Source: a virus | Direction: 5' to 3' (one strand) | Virus record (IMG/VR): IMGVR_UViG_3300037804_000252 | Span: 1 to 64,000 of that record | DNA length: 64,000 bases | Shown here: positions 35,763 to 44,935 of the stretch, in pieces | How positions within the stretch are numbered: position 1 is the stretch's first letter | Layout of the letters: each line of letters starts with the position of its first letter | Made by a program: the position numbers and the translations under genes | Notes under the pieces: model-generated | What the model was told of the DNA's origin: nothing | The model's database searches: none | Seen by the model: the letters and a program-made list of their open reading frames with translations, nothing else

Positions 35763-37346
35763 TTATAACCATTTAGTTAAGTCCTCTACATTATCCTCAC
35801 CAATTTTCATCTGCCATGGATTTTCATCAACATCAGTTGAACCATATACTCCACTATAAGTATAAGATGAAATACTGTTGATTGCTTGTTTAGTTAAATC
35901 AATTCCTTCTTGTCTTAATCTAAGTGCGGTATCACGAACCCATAGTGATATTGCTAATGACATTGTTAAGTCATCATTATATCCACGCATTGCTTCTGCT
36001 CTACCATTCATCCATATAAATGTGAATAATTCATCAATAGTTCTAACTGAACGTATTATAATTGATTTCTCTCTTATATACTCCTCTAACTTTGAAATAA
36101 TCAAAGGTCGAGTTCTTGATGTAGTTGAGAATCCTGCAATCATTCCTTTATCTTGTGACCTGTATCTATTCGAATGTTGGTGTTCAACATCTACATATTT
36201 CAAGTCCTTACTCATGTAATATAAGTTAGGATAGTTTCTATCAATCACTTGTTGAATAGTTGCCCAACCAATATTTGCGTTTTCAATTACAAGTAATGCT
36301 TGATTATATTCAGTTGCTAATGCAACTAAAAAATTACCAAAATCTTTTGTATCTAGTTTGCCCCTATACTCAGCAACTTGTTCAGAATCTTCAACATCAA
36401 TTACATGAGCAGCTGAATAATCCGATGAATCTCCTCTAGAAACATCGGCAACAACCATATATGATTTATTGTAATCTGGGAATTGCCATTTCCATAAGTT
36501 TCCATCAAAACCAGTTTTTTCTAAAGGTTCTTGTACATAAGTTTCCTTATAAAATTGAAGTACTTGTGGGTCAATTACCGAATCACCAGAAGATACAAAA
36601 TCACAATCACATTCTTGTGCTGCTCCTTTTGGTCCTAATAGAGTTTCTTGTTCATCTCTCCAATCTTGGTTTCTTTCTGGATGAACTGACCAATGTAGTC
36701 TAATATTATTAAATCCATTAGTACCATCTTCAGAACCTACCCAAGTTTTGTGAAAGAAGTTACCTACACCATTTGGAGTAGATAAAATAATTGCGTTACC
36801 ACCAGTAGATAATGTAGATTGTGCCGATACCCATATCTCTTCAATCTTATCAATGAATGCTGCCTCATCGAATACTAAAAGGGATAGTGCTTCAGAACGA
36901 CCTGCATCTCCTGCTGCTGATGTTGCTTTTATCTGAGACCCATTTGAGTATCTAAGGGATAGTTTATTATCTTCAATAGTTGTTAACTTTAACCAAGAAG
37001 GAAGATAACTATTCATTACTCTAACCTTTGTTACCAAGTTTTTGGCAACTTCTTGTTTTGTTGCAATTACTAAACAATTAAAGTCATCGTTAAACAACAT
37101 TTTCCATAAAGAGAATCCTGCCGTTAAAGTCGATATACCAGTTTGTCTGGATTTAAGAATGATATTATATCTATGGTCTTTGAACTCATTTAGAGTTTCT
37201 TCTTGGAAAGGATATAGGTGAAAAGGAATTTTACCCCTAACAGGATGTTGAATCATACAATATTTACGCATGAAATAGGTTGGGTCAGAAGCACACTTCT
37301 GATACTCAATCTTAATTATTTCTTTTAATGATGATTTCTTAGCCAA
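35763..37346 (-). CDS. gp17: Terminase large subunit, T4 gp17-like
   Basis: F.LYPFQ, Walker A KSRQTGIST, Walker B LLVFDEAAF, STPNG, nuclease ADVSRG...DYS and DDL.M. Confidence 0.96.
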   Translation of the reverse strand: MAKKSSLKEIIKIEYQKCASDPTYFMRKYCMIQHPVRGKIPFHLYPFQEETLNEFKDHRYNIILKSRQTGISTLTAGFSLWKMLFNDDFNCLVIATKQEVAKNLVTKVRVMNSYLPSWLKLTTIEDNKLSLRYSNGSQIKATSAAGDAGRSEALSLLVFDEAAFIDKIEEIWVSAQSTLSTGGNAIILSTPNGVGNFFHKTWVGSEDGTNGFNNIRLHWSVHPERNQDWRDEQETLLGPKGAAQECDCDFVSSGDSVIDPQVLQFYKETYVQEPLEKTGFDGNLWKWQFPDYNKSYMVVADVSRGDSSDYSAAHVIDVEDSEQVAEYRGKLDTKDFGNFLVALATEYNQALLVIENANIGWATIQQVIDRNYPNLYYMSKDLKYVDVEHQHSNRYRSQDKGMIAGFSTTSRTRPLIISKLEEYIREKSIIIRSVRTIDELFTFIWMNGRAEAMRGYNDDLTMSLAISLWVRDTALRLRQEGIDLTKQAINSISSYTYSGVYGSTDVDENPWQMKIGEDNVEDLTKWL

Positions 37347-37353
37347 ACTAAAT

Positions 37354-38043
37354 TTATTTTTTTCCTATTTTCCAATACATACCACCAGTAATAAATGGTG
37401 CTAATTGTGAGGTATTAGAATTATTCTGAATACCTATACCCAATTGATATAAATTATTCTTTTTATTTTTTAGGATTAACCCAGCTCCAACATTACTGAT
37501 TATATCTTCTTTGTTGAAACCACCATTCAATCCCCAATAAAATTCATTCTTTGGTAATTCTTTTACAATTGTTGTGTTATACACAGTTGGGATTTGGAAG
37601 AACCAATCCACATCTCTTGATTGGATTTGGTTTTGTGAAATGATATCAGTTAGGATACCATATCCTAAAGTTGGATTTGGTTTCTTTCCTAATGAATCAG
37701 TAACACCTTTTGGAAAATCATATGTAAGATTAAGTGTATCCTTTACTTCGTACTTTGCGAAATAATCTTCTACAATTTTCAATGTATCAATATCGATAGG
37801 AACTTCAACTTCAACAGTTTCAGTTACTACTTTAGTAATGTACTTTGGTACATATGTTGGAACTTTAACTGTTTTCTCTACAACAATAGTATCAACTTTT
37901 TGTTCTAACAATTCATAATCTTTACCATCTACATTTACTATTTCTTTTTCCCCTTCTTCACCACCACAACTTCTTAATAACAATACCACACATAGTGCCA
38001 TTATCATTATTGTTTTCAAATCAAATTTCTTTAACCAACTCAT
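37354..38043 (-). CDS. Membrane-anchored or lipoprotein lysis-accessory (spanin-like) candidate
   Basis: Basic N-terminus, hydrophobic stretch and LRSC lipobox-like motif; repetitive DT(I/L) stalk; C-terminal amphipathic beta strands ending YWKIGKK. Confidence 0.5.
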   Translation of the reverse strand: MSWLKKFDLKTIMIMALCVVLLLRSCGGEEGEKEIVNVDGKDYELLEQKVDTIVVEKTVKVPTYVPKYITKVVTETVEVEVPIDIDTLKIVEDYFAKYEVKDTLNLTYDFPKGVTDSLGKKPNPTLGYGILTDIISQNQIQSRDVDWFFQIPTVYNTTIVKELPKNEFYWGLNGGFNKEDIISNVGAGLILKNKKNNLYQLGIGIQNNSNTSQLAPFITGGMYWKIGKK

Positions 38044-38692
38044 AATTCATAGGTTTTAATTTCTCGTAGGCAGCGTTTCTTTTTTCTATAACTTCGATAA
38101 GTTCTTTTTTACCATTTTCTATATCAGACTCTATTTGTTCTCTTAATACTTTAACATCTTCATTAGATGTCCACTTCTCAATAGAACCATCATCATTTAC
38201 ATATTCATGAATATTTTTAACTTCATTCAATGCTTGATTCCACTTTTCTAAAACTTCAGTACCGTGTGCTGCCATATTAGAATATATCTTATACTCATTA
38301 TAAAATTCCCACATACCATCAAGTTTTATTTGTGTTTCTCTACTTGATAAACAAGCTCCACAAAAACCAGTTTTCTTTATTAGTTTTTTATCGGCATCTG
38401 AATATTTTGTGTTTTCACAATTATCCCCCTTACCTTTGGTTTGTTCTTCTAAATATTTTCTAACCTTTGATAACTCCGAAGATGCTTTAGACTGTTTTAC
38501 TCTACCATATGATTTTTGTTCCCAAACTACACCATTTTCTTCCCATATATCACCAACATTTCTTTTTGTTGTTTCTTTGATATTGGATAATGATATTTGA
38601 GTATCTTTATCATACTCACCAGTTTGAATCATGTTAACCAACTTTCTACGAGTTGGGTGCATATATTTTTTATTGAATTTTTTCTCAGTCAT
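38021..38692 (-). CDS. Hypothetical protein (VGDIW...W motif, Cys-containing)
   Basis: 223-aa ORF with a late-type motif upstream at 38719-38727. Confidence 0.7.
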   Translation of the reverse strand: MTEKKFNKKYMHPTRRKLVNMIQTGEYDKDTQISLSNIKETTKRNVGDIWEENGVVWEQKSYGRVKQSKASSELSKVRKYLEEQTKGKGDNCENTKYSDADKKLIKKTGFCGACLSSRETQIKLDGMWEFYNEYKIYSNMAAHGTEVLEKWNQALNEVKNIHEYVNDDGSIEKWTSNEDVKVLREQIESDIENGKKELIEVIEKRNAAYEKLKPMNYELVKEI

Positions 38693-38738
38693 AAAATCGT
38701 AACTTATATATCTGTATATATAAGTATTAAGTTTTTTA

Positions 38739-41700
38739 CTATTCGTAAAATAAACCGAGAATCTGATTGAGAGGTGCGAATGTTCCTGTTAGTTTGAATG
38801 TCTTACCACCATATACAAATACGATTCCCTCATTAGGAACTATCTTATCAGTACCACCAATAGCGTTCAACCTTTGTAGTTCTAATTTAAGTTTATTAAT
38901 TTTCTTAACATCACCTGATTTCTTAACATCTTGGATTGTTTTATCCAATCTCTTTTTCATATCCCTAACTGCTTTATCAGGGTTAGCAGCCAATACTGAA
39001 CTCATAAATGAAAGTATATCTGCTCCGATACCTAAGAAGATATCTTCGAATGGTCTAATATTATCTTTAGCCATTTTAGCATGGTCATTCTTATCAATTC
39101 CTTTTGCCCATTCCAAAGTTTTCTCATCACTAAAATTCTTCTTATCTAATCTAAATGATTTATCATAGAATGCCCATCTCTTAACTAATCCCATTAAAGT
39201 TCTATTATCTAACTTAGTTGGAGATTTTTTATTTACAAAATCCATCCAAAATGCTTGATGATAATCAGCAATTCCATCGGTATCTTTTAATTTGAATTTA
39301 GATTGTAATTTTGAAATTTTAGAATTGTAAGGACCTTTTAGTTTTCTTAAATCTTTTGATTTAGGTAATTGATTAATTGGAGGACCAGAAATAGTATATG
39401 CTGATTGTACATCTGCATTTACTTGTTTAATCATTCCTGCTAACATTCTTGCTGCGTCTTGGTTCTCACCAATAGCAACACCATCTTCATTATACTCCAT
39501 TGTTCCATGGAATACTAATAGTGCTTGTCCATATGGTATTACATTAACAGAAGTTGGATAGATTACTTCCAAATTCATAAAACATGCTCCTCCTTTGAAA
39601 ATCTTATCTTTTTGTTTTTCACTCAACTTAGATATTGCTTTCGTTAAATCTTTCATTGCGAAGTTGTATGCCTTTTCCAATTCTCCTCTACCAGCAAACT
39701 TCATTGCCACACCATTAATATCTAATGCACCTTCTCCTTTGTTTTTCAAATGTCCTTTGTTTCTTGCCGCAACTAATCTTCCATCTCTCCAACTAACTGC
39801 TAATGCTTGACCATCTGTCTTTTCTCTAGCTAAATCTAAGTTTCCTTCTAATGCTTTATTTACAATATCTTTAAGTTGTCCAAAAGTTAAATTTATTTCG
39901 GTATCGAATGGGTGATTCATATGTCCATAAGCACCTCCTTCCAAAATCAATGATTCAGTAATACCACCACCTAATGCGTATGGTACGAGTTCATCCAATT
40001 CACTATCTCCTAAACCTTTTCTACTTGGAGTTGATTGTATGTTACTCTTAAACATTACATATTCTTTGAGTGAACTATATTTTATAATTAATTCACCCAA
40101 AACCTCAAGTCTACCCATTTCTTCTTGAAAATCAATATCTTTCATATTGAAATTAATTTTTTCATGAGTTTCTTTGAATTCTTCTTTAGCTTGTTCTAAG
40201 TCAAATTTACCATTTGATGCTTTTTCATAGTAAGGAAGTTTTACATCAAAATGATGGTGTGTTAATAGTGAATCGCCACCTTTTTCTTTTGCATTACTAG
40301 AAATTGTTCCAGCTCCATTTCCTCTACCTTTAGCAAAGTCATTAAAGGGACTGTCAGTATCTTTGTTTTCTTTTATATAAAAGAAATCATTCACACCTTC
40401 GAATTTATATTTTGGGTCTGGTGTTTTGAAATCATCTTTTCTCATTATGGTTTTAGCAATCACTTTGTTTGCTTGTTTCATAAATGGAATGTTAAGGTTT
40501 GTTCTATTATCTTTTGCTACAATCTGTCCATACAAATTAAGAAAGTTTAAGAAATCTTTTTTCTTTTTTCCTAACCTCTTAAAGAATCCGATTAATTCGG
40601 CTTGGGATATTTCTTTTTTATTTCTTGGGTCAGTTAATCTATCGAAGAAATGTTTATCAGTCAGAACCACATCTACTGGATTAAGTTGTTTGTCAGCATA
40701 CTGGTCAATCTTTTGTAAATCAGCCATAGGGATTTCATCTAACTGAACTTGTATACCTTCTTTTAAGATTCTGAAGTTTACAACTTTTCTACCATTGATT
40801 GTTGGCATTCCATGTTCATCCTTACCAATAGTTTTAACAACTGTCTTTTTATTCTTAAATCTACCTGTTAGAATAGTATCACCAACATTTACTGGAAGTT
40901 TAATGTCTTCATTAATATTGTTTGATTTTTTCCATGCTTCAAATTTTTCCAAATCATACTCTTTTGATTGATTGTCAAATCCACAATTGTGGCATAAATA
41001 TTTCTGAGTATCATTTGTTTCTATTTCCCACTGATGGTCGCATTTTTCACAGTTAATTGAAGTATCATTATTTTCTGTTTTTTCATAAGACTCTCCCACT
41101 ACATTAGTTACTTCTTCTTTTTCTTTATCTAAATCTCGTAATGACTCATCTCTTTCATCTGCCAATTCAATAAAGTCAACTAATGAATATCCAACTAACC
41201 CAGATATTCTTGTCACATGCTTGAACCATTTATCATATGCATCTGAACCGTAAAAATCTTTTTGGTTGGTTGCGGTTGTTTTACCAGCAACACCTGCTGG
41301 GAATGGAGTTACTGCTTTTACAGGTCCATCGGGATAAATTGGATGTGGGTCTATATCGGTAAGGTCATCACTCATAATTTGTGATAAAACAGTGTATCCT
41401 ATTTCTTCTGCTCGTTTTTGAGAAACTCTATCGAATGTTGTATAAGATGGAAATAAAAAGTTTGGACCATCATCAACTTCAGATGAACCTAAAACTTGTG
41501 AGGCTTCTTTAATTAAATCACTACCCTCAATTATTAACCAATTTTGTAATAGTTCTTCCGAAATACTAAATTCTTCGTTTAATGTATTTGTTATAAAATC
41601 AAATATCTTTTTATCAAATTTTGGATATGCTCTTTTTGAAAAGAAATCTTTCTTATCTTCATCTGAACCTGCTGATAATCCATTACGAACTTCAGTTCCA

Positions 41701-42176
41701 CTTATAGGATTAGATTGTTGGGGAGCGATGTAAACATATCCCTTATCTTCATATCCTTCGAAATCTAAGTTATCTTTATAAGGTGTAAAGAACTTACCCC
41801 CACTACCTAATCTACCAGCGTCTTTCTTACCTACAACAGTAATAAACGCAGTTGTATCTTTATCAAACTTCGTTAGTACCTCAGTTGGTACATAAGGATT
41901 TTTTACTTGAAAAATTTTGTTTTTTGGAATCCCAAACATTTTGGTAATAATCATTACCTTTTCTTTGAAGTTGAATGGGGATTTATCATTATCGGTTTTA
42001 TTGGATGTACCGATATACACATTATTCTTTCCGAACTTTTTTACTAAGTGGGAATAGGTTGCGTAATGACCTTTATGAAAAGGTTGAAAACGACCAGCAT
42101 AGACTACAACTTTGTTGTCTACACTGCTCGTTTCTCCTAAAATACTTTCTATTAAGAATTGAGATAATTCGTTCAT
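38739..42176 (-). CDS. Mosaic protein: N-terminal HIGH-family nucleotidyltransferase (NMNAT/cytidylyltransferase-like), several small modules, and a C-terminal KxDG ligase/nucleotidyltransferase-like domain
   Basis: GRFQPFHKGH and ISGTEVR; zinc ribbon CEKC...CHNC; HFFDR..D.RN module; GGAYGHM.HPFD, EKTDG, NLEVI and EGIV motifs. Confidence 0.75.
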   Translation of the reverse strand: MNELSQFLIESILGETSSVDNKVVVYAGRFQPFHKGHYATYSHLVKKFGKNNVYIGTSNKTDNDKSPFNFKEKVMIITKMFGIPKNKIFQVKNPYVPTEVLTKFDKDTTAFITVVGKKDAGRLGSGGKFFTPYKDNLDFEGYEDKGYVYIAPQQSNPISGTEVRNGLSAGSDEDKKDFFSKRAYPKFDKKIFDFITNTLNEEFSISEELLQNWLIIEGSDLIKEASQVLGSSEVDDGPNFLFPSYTTFDRVSQKRAEEIGYTVLSQIMSDDLTDIDPHPIYPDGPVKAVTPFPAGVAGKTTATNQKDFYGSDAYDKWFKHVTRISGLVGYSLVDFIELADERDESLRDLDKEKEEVTNVVGESYEKTENNDTSINCEKCDHQWEIETNDTQKYLCHNCGFDNQSKEYDLEKFEAWKKSNNINEDIKLPVNVGDTILTGRFKNKKTVVKTIGKDEHGMPTINGRKVVNFRILKEGIQVQLDEIPMADLQKIDQYADKQLNPVDVVLTDKHFFDRLTDPRNKKEISQAELIGFFKRLGKKKKDFLNFLNLYGQIVAKDNRTNLNIPFMKQANKVIAKTIMRKDDFKTPDPKYKFEGVNDFFYIKENKDTDSPFNDFAKGRGNGAGTISSNAKEKGGDSLLTHHHFDVKLPYYEKASNGKFDLEQAKEEFKETHEKINFNMKDIDFQEEMGRLEVLGELIIKYSSLKEYVMFKSNIQSTPSRKGLGDSELDELVPYALGGGITESLILEGGAYGHMNHPFDTEINLTFGQLKDIVNKALEGNLDLAREKTDGQALAVSWRDGRLVAARNKGHLKNKGEGALDINGVAMKFAGRGELEKAYNFAMKDLTKAISKLSEKQKDKIFKGGACFMNLEVIYPTSVNVIPYGQALLVFHGTMEYNEDGVAIGENQDAARMLAGMIKQVNADVQSAYTISGPPINQLPKSKDLRKLKGPYNSKISKLQSKFKLKDTDGIADYHQAFWMDFVNKKSPTKLDNRTLMGLVKRWAFYDKSFRLDKKNFSDEKTLEWAKGIDKNDHAKMAKDNIRPFEDIFLGIGADILSFMSSVLAANPDKAVRDMKKRLDKTIQDVKKSGDVKKINKLKLELQRLNAIGGTDKIVPNEGIVFVYGGKTFKLTGTFAPLNQILGLFYE

Positions 42177-42219
42177 CTGATATAGTACTATTTCCTTTGT
42201 ACTATATAAATATAGAGTT

Positions 42220-42591
42220 TTATTCTTTTGGTAATTCAGTTGCTGGAATATCTTGATTCTTTAGTTGTTCCTTCATTTGTTCCAACACTGCAGGGTTATA
42301 TGTAATAGTGCCCTTTTGTAAATCTAATTGTCCTCTTGGATATTCTTTCTCAAGTGCTGCAATCATCTTTCTCATTTCTTGATTGTCAGATTTGAAGTCA
42401 TTTTCAAGTTTATCTCTGTCAGAGTGTAATAATTCCAATTCTTCACCTAACTCCTTTTCACGGATGTATAATTGACCGAAACTATTTACTGCTTGATTTA
42501 GTTTATTATTTTGGTCTACAATCGGTTTAATAACACCTTCATCTAAGGTAACTGTTACTAATTCAATTTGTTGTTTTTCTTCGTTTGCCAT
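42220..42591 (-). CDS. Small coiled-coil protein, paralogue of 47173-47445
   Basis: QN.L...FGQL...coiled coil...KEYP.GQLDL.KG.I. Confidence 0.75.
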   Translation of the reverse strand: MANEEKQQIELVTVTLDEGVIKPIVDQNNKLNQAVNSFGQLYIREKELGEELELLHSDRDKLENDFKSDNQEMRKMIAALEKEYPRGQLDLQKGTITYNPAVLEQMKEQLKNQDIPATELPKE

Positions 42592-42646
42592 ATTACTATA
42601 AATTAATTAATTTTTGTTTTTGAATATTCGTATATAAATATATAAA

Positions 42647-43402
42647 TTATAAGTTTTCGTAATCTATTGTTGTAACACCTCGTTTTTGTACAACTTGTGC
42701 TGAACATCGATTTCCGAATTGTATTGATTTTGGAATATCGTTAGTATCTAAGAACTCTTTCACAAATCCTGCTACAAATGTATCACCAGCCCCTGAGATA
42801 TCCATAATCTCTACTTGTTCGGTTGGATATACTATATCATGATACATACATCCATCTTTATCTAATGTAACTATTAATTTTTCTACCAACCACCCATTGT
42901 CATTAATATATTCTATACTATTTTGAAATTCTGAACGGTTCTGTTTTATAAATCGTAAATTTTCACACCAATCCCCTAATTGTTTTTTCGTATCACAAAT
43001 TACATTTGGGTGTCTGAATGAGATAAAACTAATAACTTCTTCCGTTAAAAACCCTTTATTATAATCAGAGATTACAACCATATCATAATCAGAATAATTA
43101 ATAGAAAGAAGTTGTGCATCGGTTATTCTATCTATTCGTTCTTCCTCATCTATTCTTAGTAGTAAACTGTTTGATGCTTCATGAATGTGTCTTGTCTTTT
43201 TTATAGTAGATTCATGTGTAATAAAGTCAACTTCTAATTTTAGTGATGTAAGATTACTCAATACATTCAATCCCATTCCACCATTACTAACTGTCCTTAA
43301 AGGAATAAATACAGGAGCAGGTCCTTCTGGTGATAACCTTGGTGTATCTCCATAAATGAAGATATCATCACATTGTTCTCCTATTAATAAAACCTTATTC
43401 AT
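42647..43402 (-). CDS. hldA: D-glycero-D-manno-heptose-7-phosphate kinase (HldA / RfaE domain I, PfkB family)
   Basis: D..IYG...RLSPE.P.PV, ISDYNKG, D.SGAGDTF, VV.K.G. Confidence 0.85.
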   Translation of the reverse strand: MNKVLLIGEQCDDIFIYGDTPRLSPEGPAPVFIPLRTVSNGGMGLNVLSNLTSLKLEVDFITHESTIKKTRHIHEASNSLLLRIDEEERIDRITDAQLLSINYSDYDMVVISDYNKGFLTEEVISFISFRHPNVICDTKKQLGDWCENLRFIKQNRSEFQNSIEYINDNGWLVEKLIVTLDKDGCMYHDIVYPTEQVEIMDISGAGDTFVAGFVKEFLDTNDIPKSIQFGNRCSAQVVQKRGVTTIDYENL

Positions 43403-43784
43403 TGTTTAATATTTTTGTTGTACTAAAATTATCTATTCTATTAAAATAAACAATTGATTTTGCGTATTGTCCACCTATTATAGATTTATTTTTATAATCA
43501 GAACCAATTACAAAGACATCTGGTTCAAATGTTTTTATTAATTGTTCTAGCATTTCAGATGAATCAAATATCACAACTCGTTTAACACCCTTTATTCTTT
43601 CTAAGTTGTACTTTCTTTCCTCTTGTGAGTGAAAGGGTCTATCATCACCTTTAAGTTCTTTAACTCGTTTATCAGAGTCTATTCCTACTACCAATAGTTC
43701 ACCAAAACTAGCTGCGTGTTCTAATAATCTAAAATGAGCATGATGTAAGACATCAAAACAACCATTCACCCAAACTTTTTTCAT
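43395..43784 (-). CDS. hldC: Heptose-1-phosphate adenylyltransferase (HldC / RfaE domain II)
   Basis: NGCFD.LH.AH, LVVG.DSD..VK.LKG..RP, GSDY, STT.I; coupled to the hldA-like gene. Confidence 0.82.
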   Translation of the reverse strand: MKKVWVNGCFDVLHHAHFRLLEHAASFGELLVVGIDSDKRVKELKGDDRPFHSQEERKYNLERIKGVKRVVIFDSSEMLEQLIKTFEPDVFVIGSDYKNKSIIGGQYAKSIVYFNRIDNFSTTKILNNE

Positions 43785-44935
43785 AAGAACTTTTTTAATT
43801 CAGTAATTACCATATTAGAAGTTATTGATTTAGTACACTCAAAATGTCTTTCTGTTCCTTTATGTTCTGGACACCAATTCCAATCTCCTGCATCTAACCT
43901 ATGTTTATTAAAACACCCACCACATTTATCTTTAGGTGCACCGATTCTTATACAATCTTGCATTTCTGCCCATTTTTCTGAAAACCCACTGATTAAAACT
44001 GTCTTTGTTCCTAATGCCCAACTTAACCAACTTAATCCACTACCAATACCAATAAATGCTTTAGATTTTTCCATTTGATTCATAACCGATTGTAAACTTC
44101 CCTCTGGGTGTTTTTTGATACCATCTGGGTGGTAGTTACCCATATATCCACTCTCTTCTCGTGAAAGTAATTTTACTTTATACCCTTTATCATTTAACCA
44201 ATCTACCACATCTTGCCAACCAGTTGGATTATTCCAATATTTTGGTTGTGCAGTTCCATGAAAAGCAATCGTAATTAACTTATCATCTTTTTTAATTTTT
44301 TTATTTGAGATTTTAGGTTTTATTTCTACATAATCAAGTCCTAAAATATCAGACCCCATTTTTTGTAAAGGTTGTTCTAAAAAGTTATTTGGATTTAATA
44401 AAGGGTTTGGATTATTATTATCAGTATAATAAATTCCTAACTTGTACATAGCATATAGGTTATGTACGGTTGAACCAGGATTTACAAACTTTAGTGTTGG
44501 GTAGTGTTCTTCAAATAAATAATTATGAAAAGTTGATACAATTAATTCACAATTATGCTTTTTTCTAAAAGTTTCTATATATGGAAACCATGCTAATGTA
44601 TCACCAAGTGCTTTTGAATCAAATGCAATAAATACTTTTTTATTTTTTAGATTAATTTTGTGAGTATGAACCAAATCATCACCATGGTAAATATCAATTT
44701 TCCAATCTATAAAATATTCATAATTTGATTTAGCCCAATGACCTGCCTTTAATTTGTTTTCGTATAAAGTTTGTCCATTTTTTTGATTTACAAATTTTAC
44801 TAAATATTCGTTATCACTATTACCAACAACCTCTACATATGGACCATTTACAAAATGAATGTTAAATGTATCACCATCTACACTTGGTAGTTGTTTAATA
44901 TTATTTTTATTTATTTTTATATTATCGTAAATCAT
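43781..44935 (-). CDS. Autotransporter-type protein O-heptosyltransferase (TibC/AAH family, GT9-like fold)
   Basis: LGDTLAWFPY..F..KH.C, K.WNNP.GW..VV..L...GY.V, FIG..SGLSWL.WA, LISGFS, and four Cys in C..CFN...WCP.H.GT.R.FECTK.IT. Confidence 0.88.
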   Translation of the reverse strand: MIYDNIKINKNNIKQLPSVDGDTFNIHFVNGPYVEVVGNSDNEYLVKFVNQKNGQTLYENKLKAGHWAKSNYEYFIDWKIDIYHGDDLVHTHKINLKNKKVFIAFDSKALGDTLAWFPYIETFRKKHNCELIVSTFHNYLFEEHYPTLKFVNPGSTVHNLYAMYKLGIYYTDNNNPNPLLNPNNFLEQPLQKMGSDILGLDYVEIKPKISNKKIKKDDKLITIAFHGTAQPKYWNNPTGWQDVVDWLNDKGYKVKLLSREESGYMGNYHPDGIKKHPEGSLQSVMNQMEKSKAFIGIGSGLSWLSWALGTKTVLISGFSEKWAEMQDCIRIGAPKDKCGGCFNKHRLDAGDWNWCPEHKGTERHFECTKSITSNMVITELKKFL

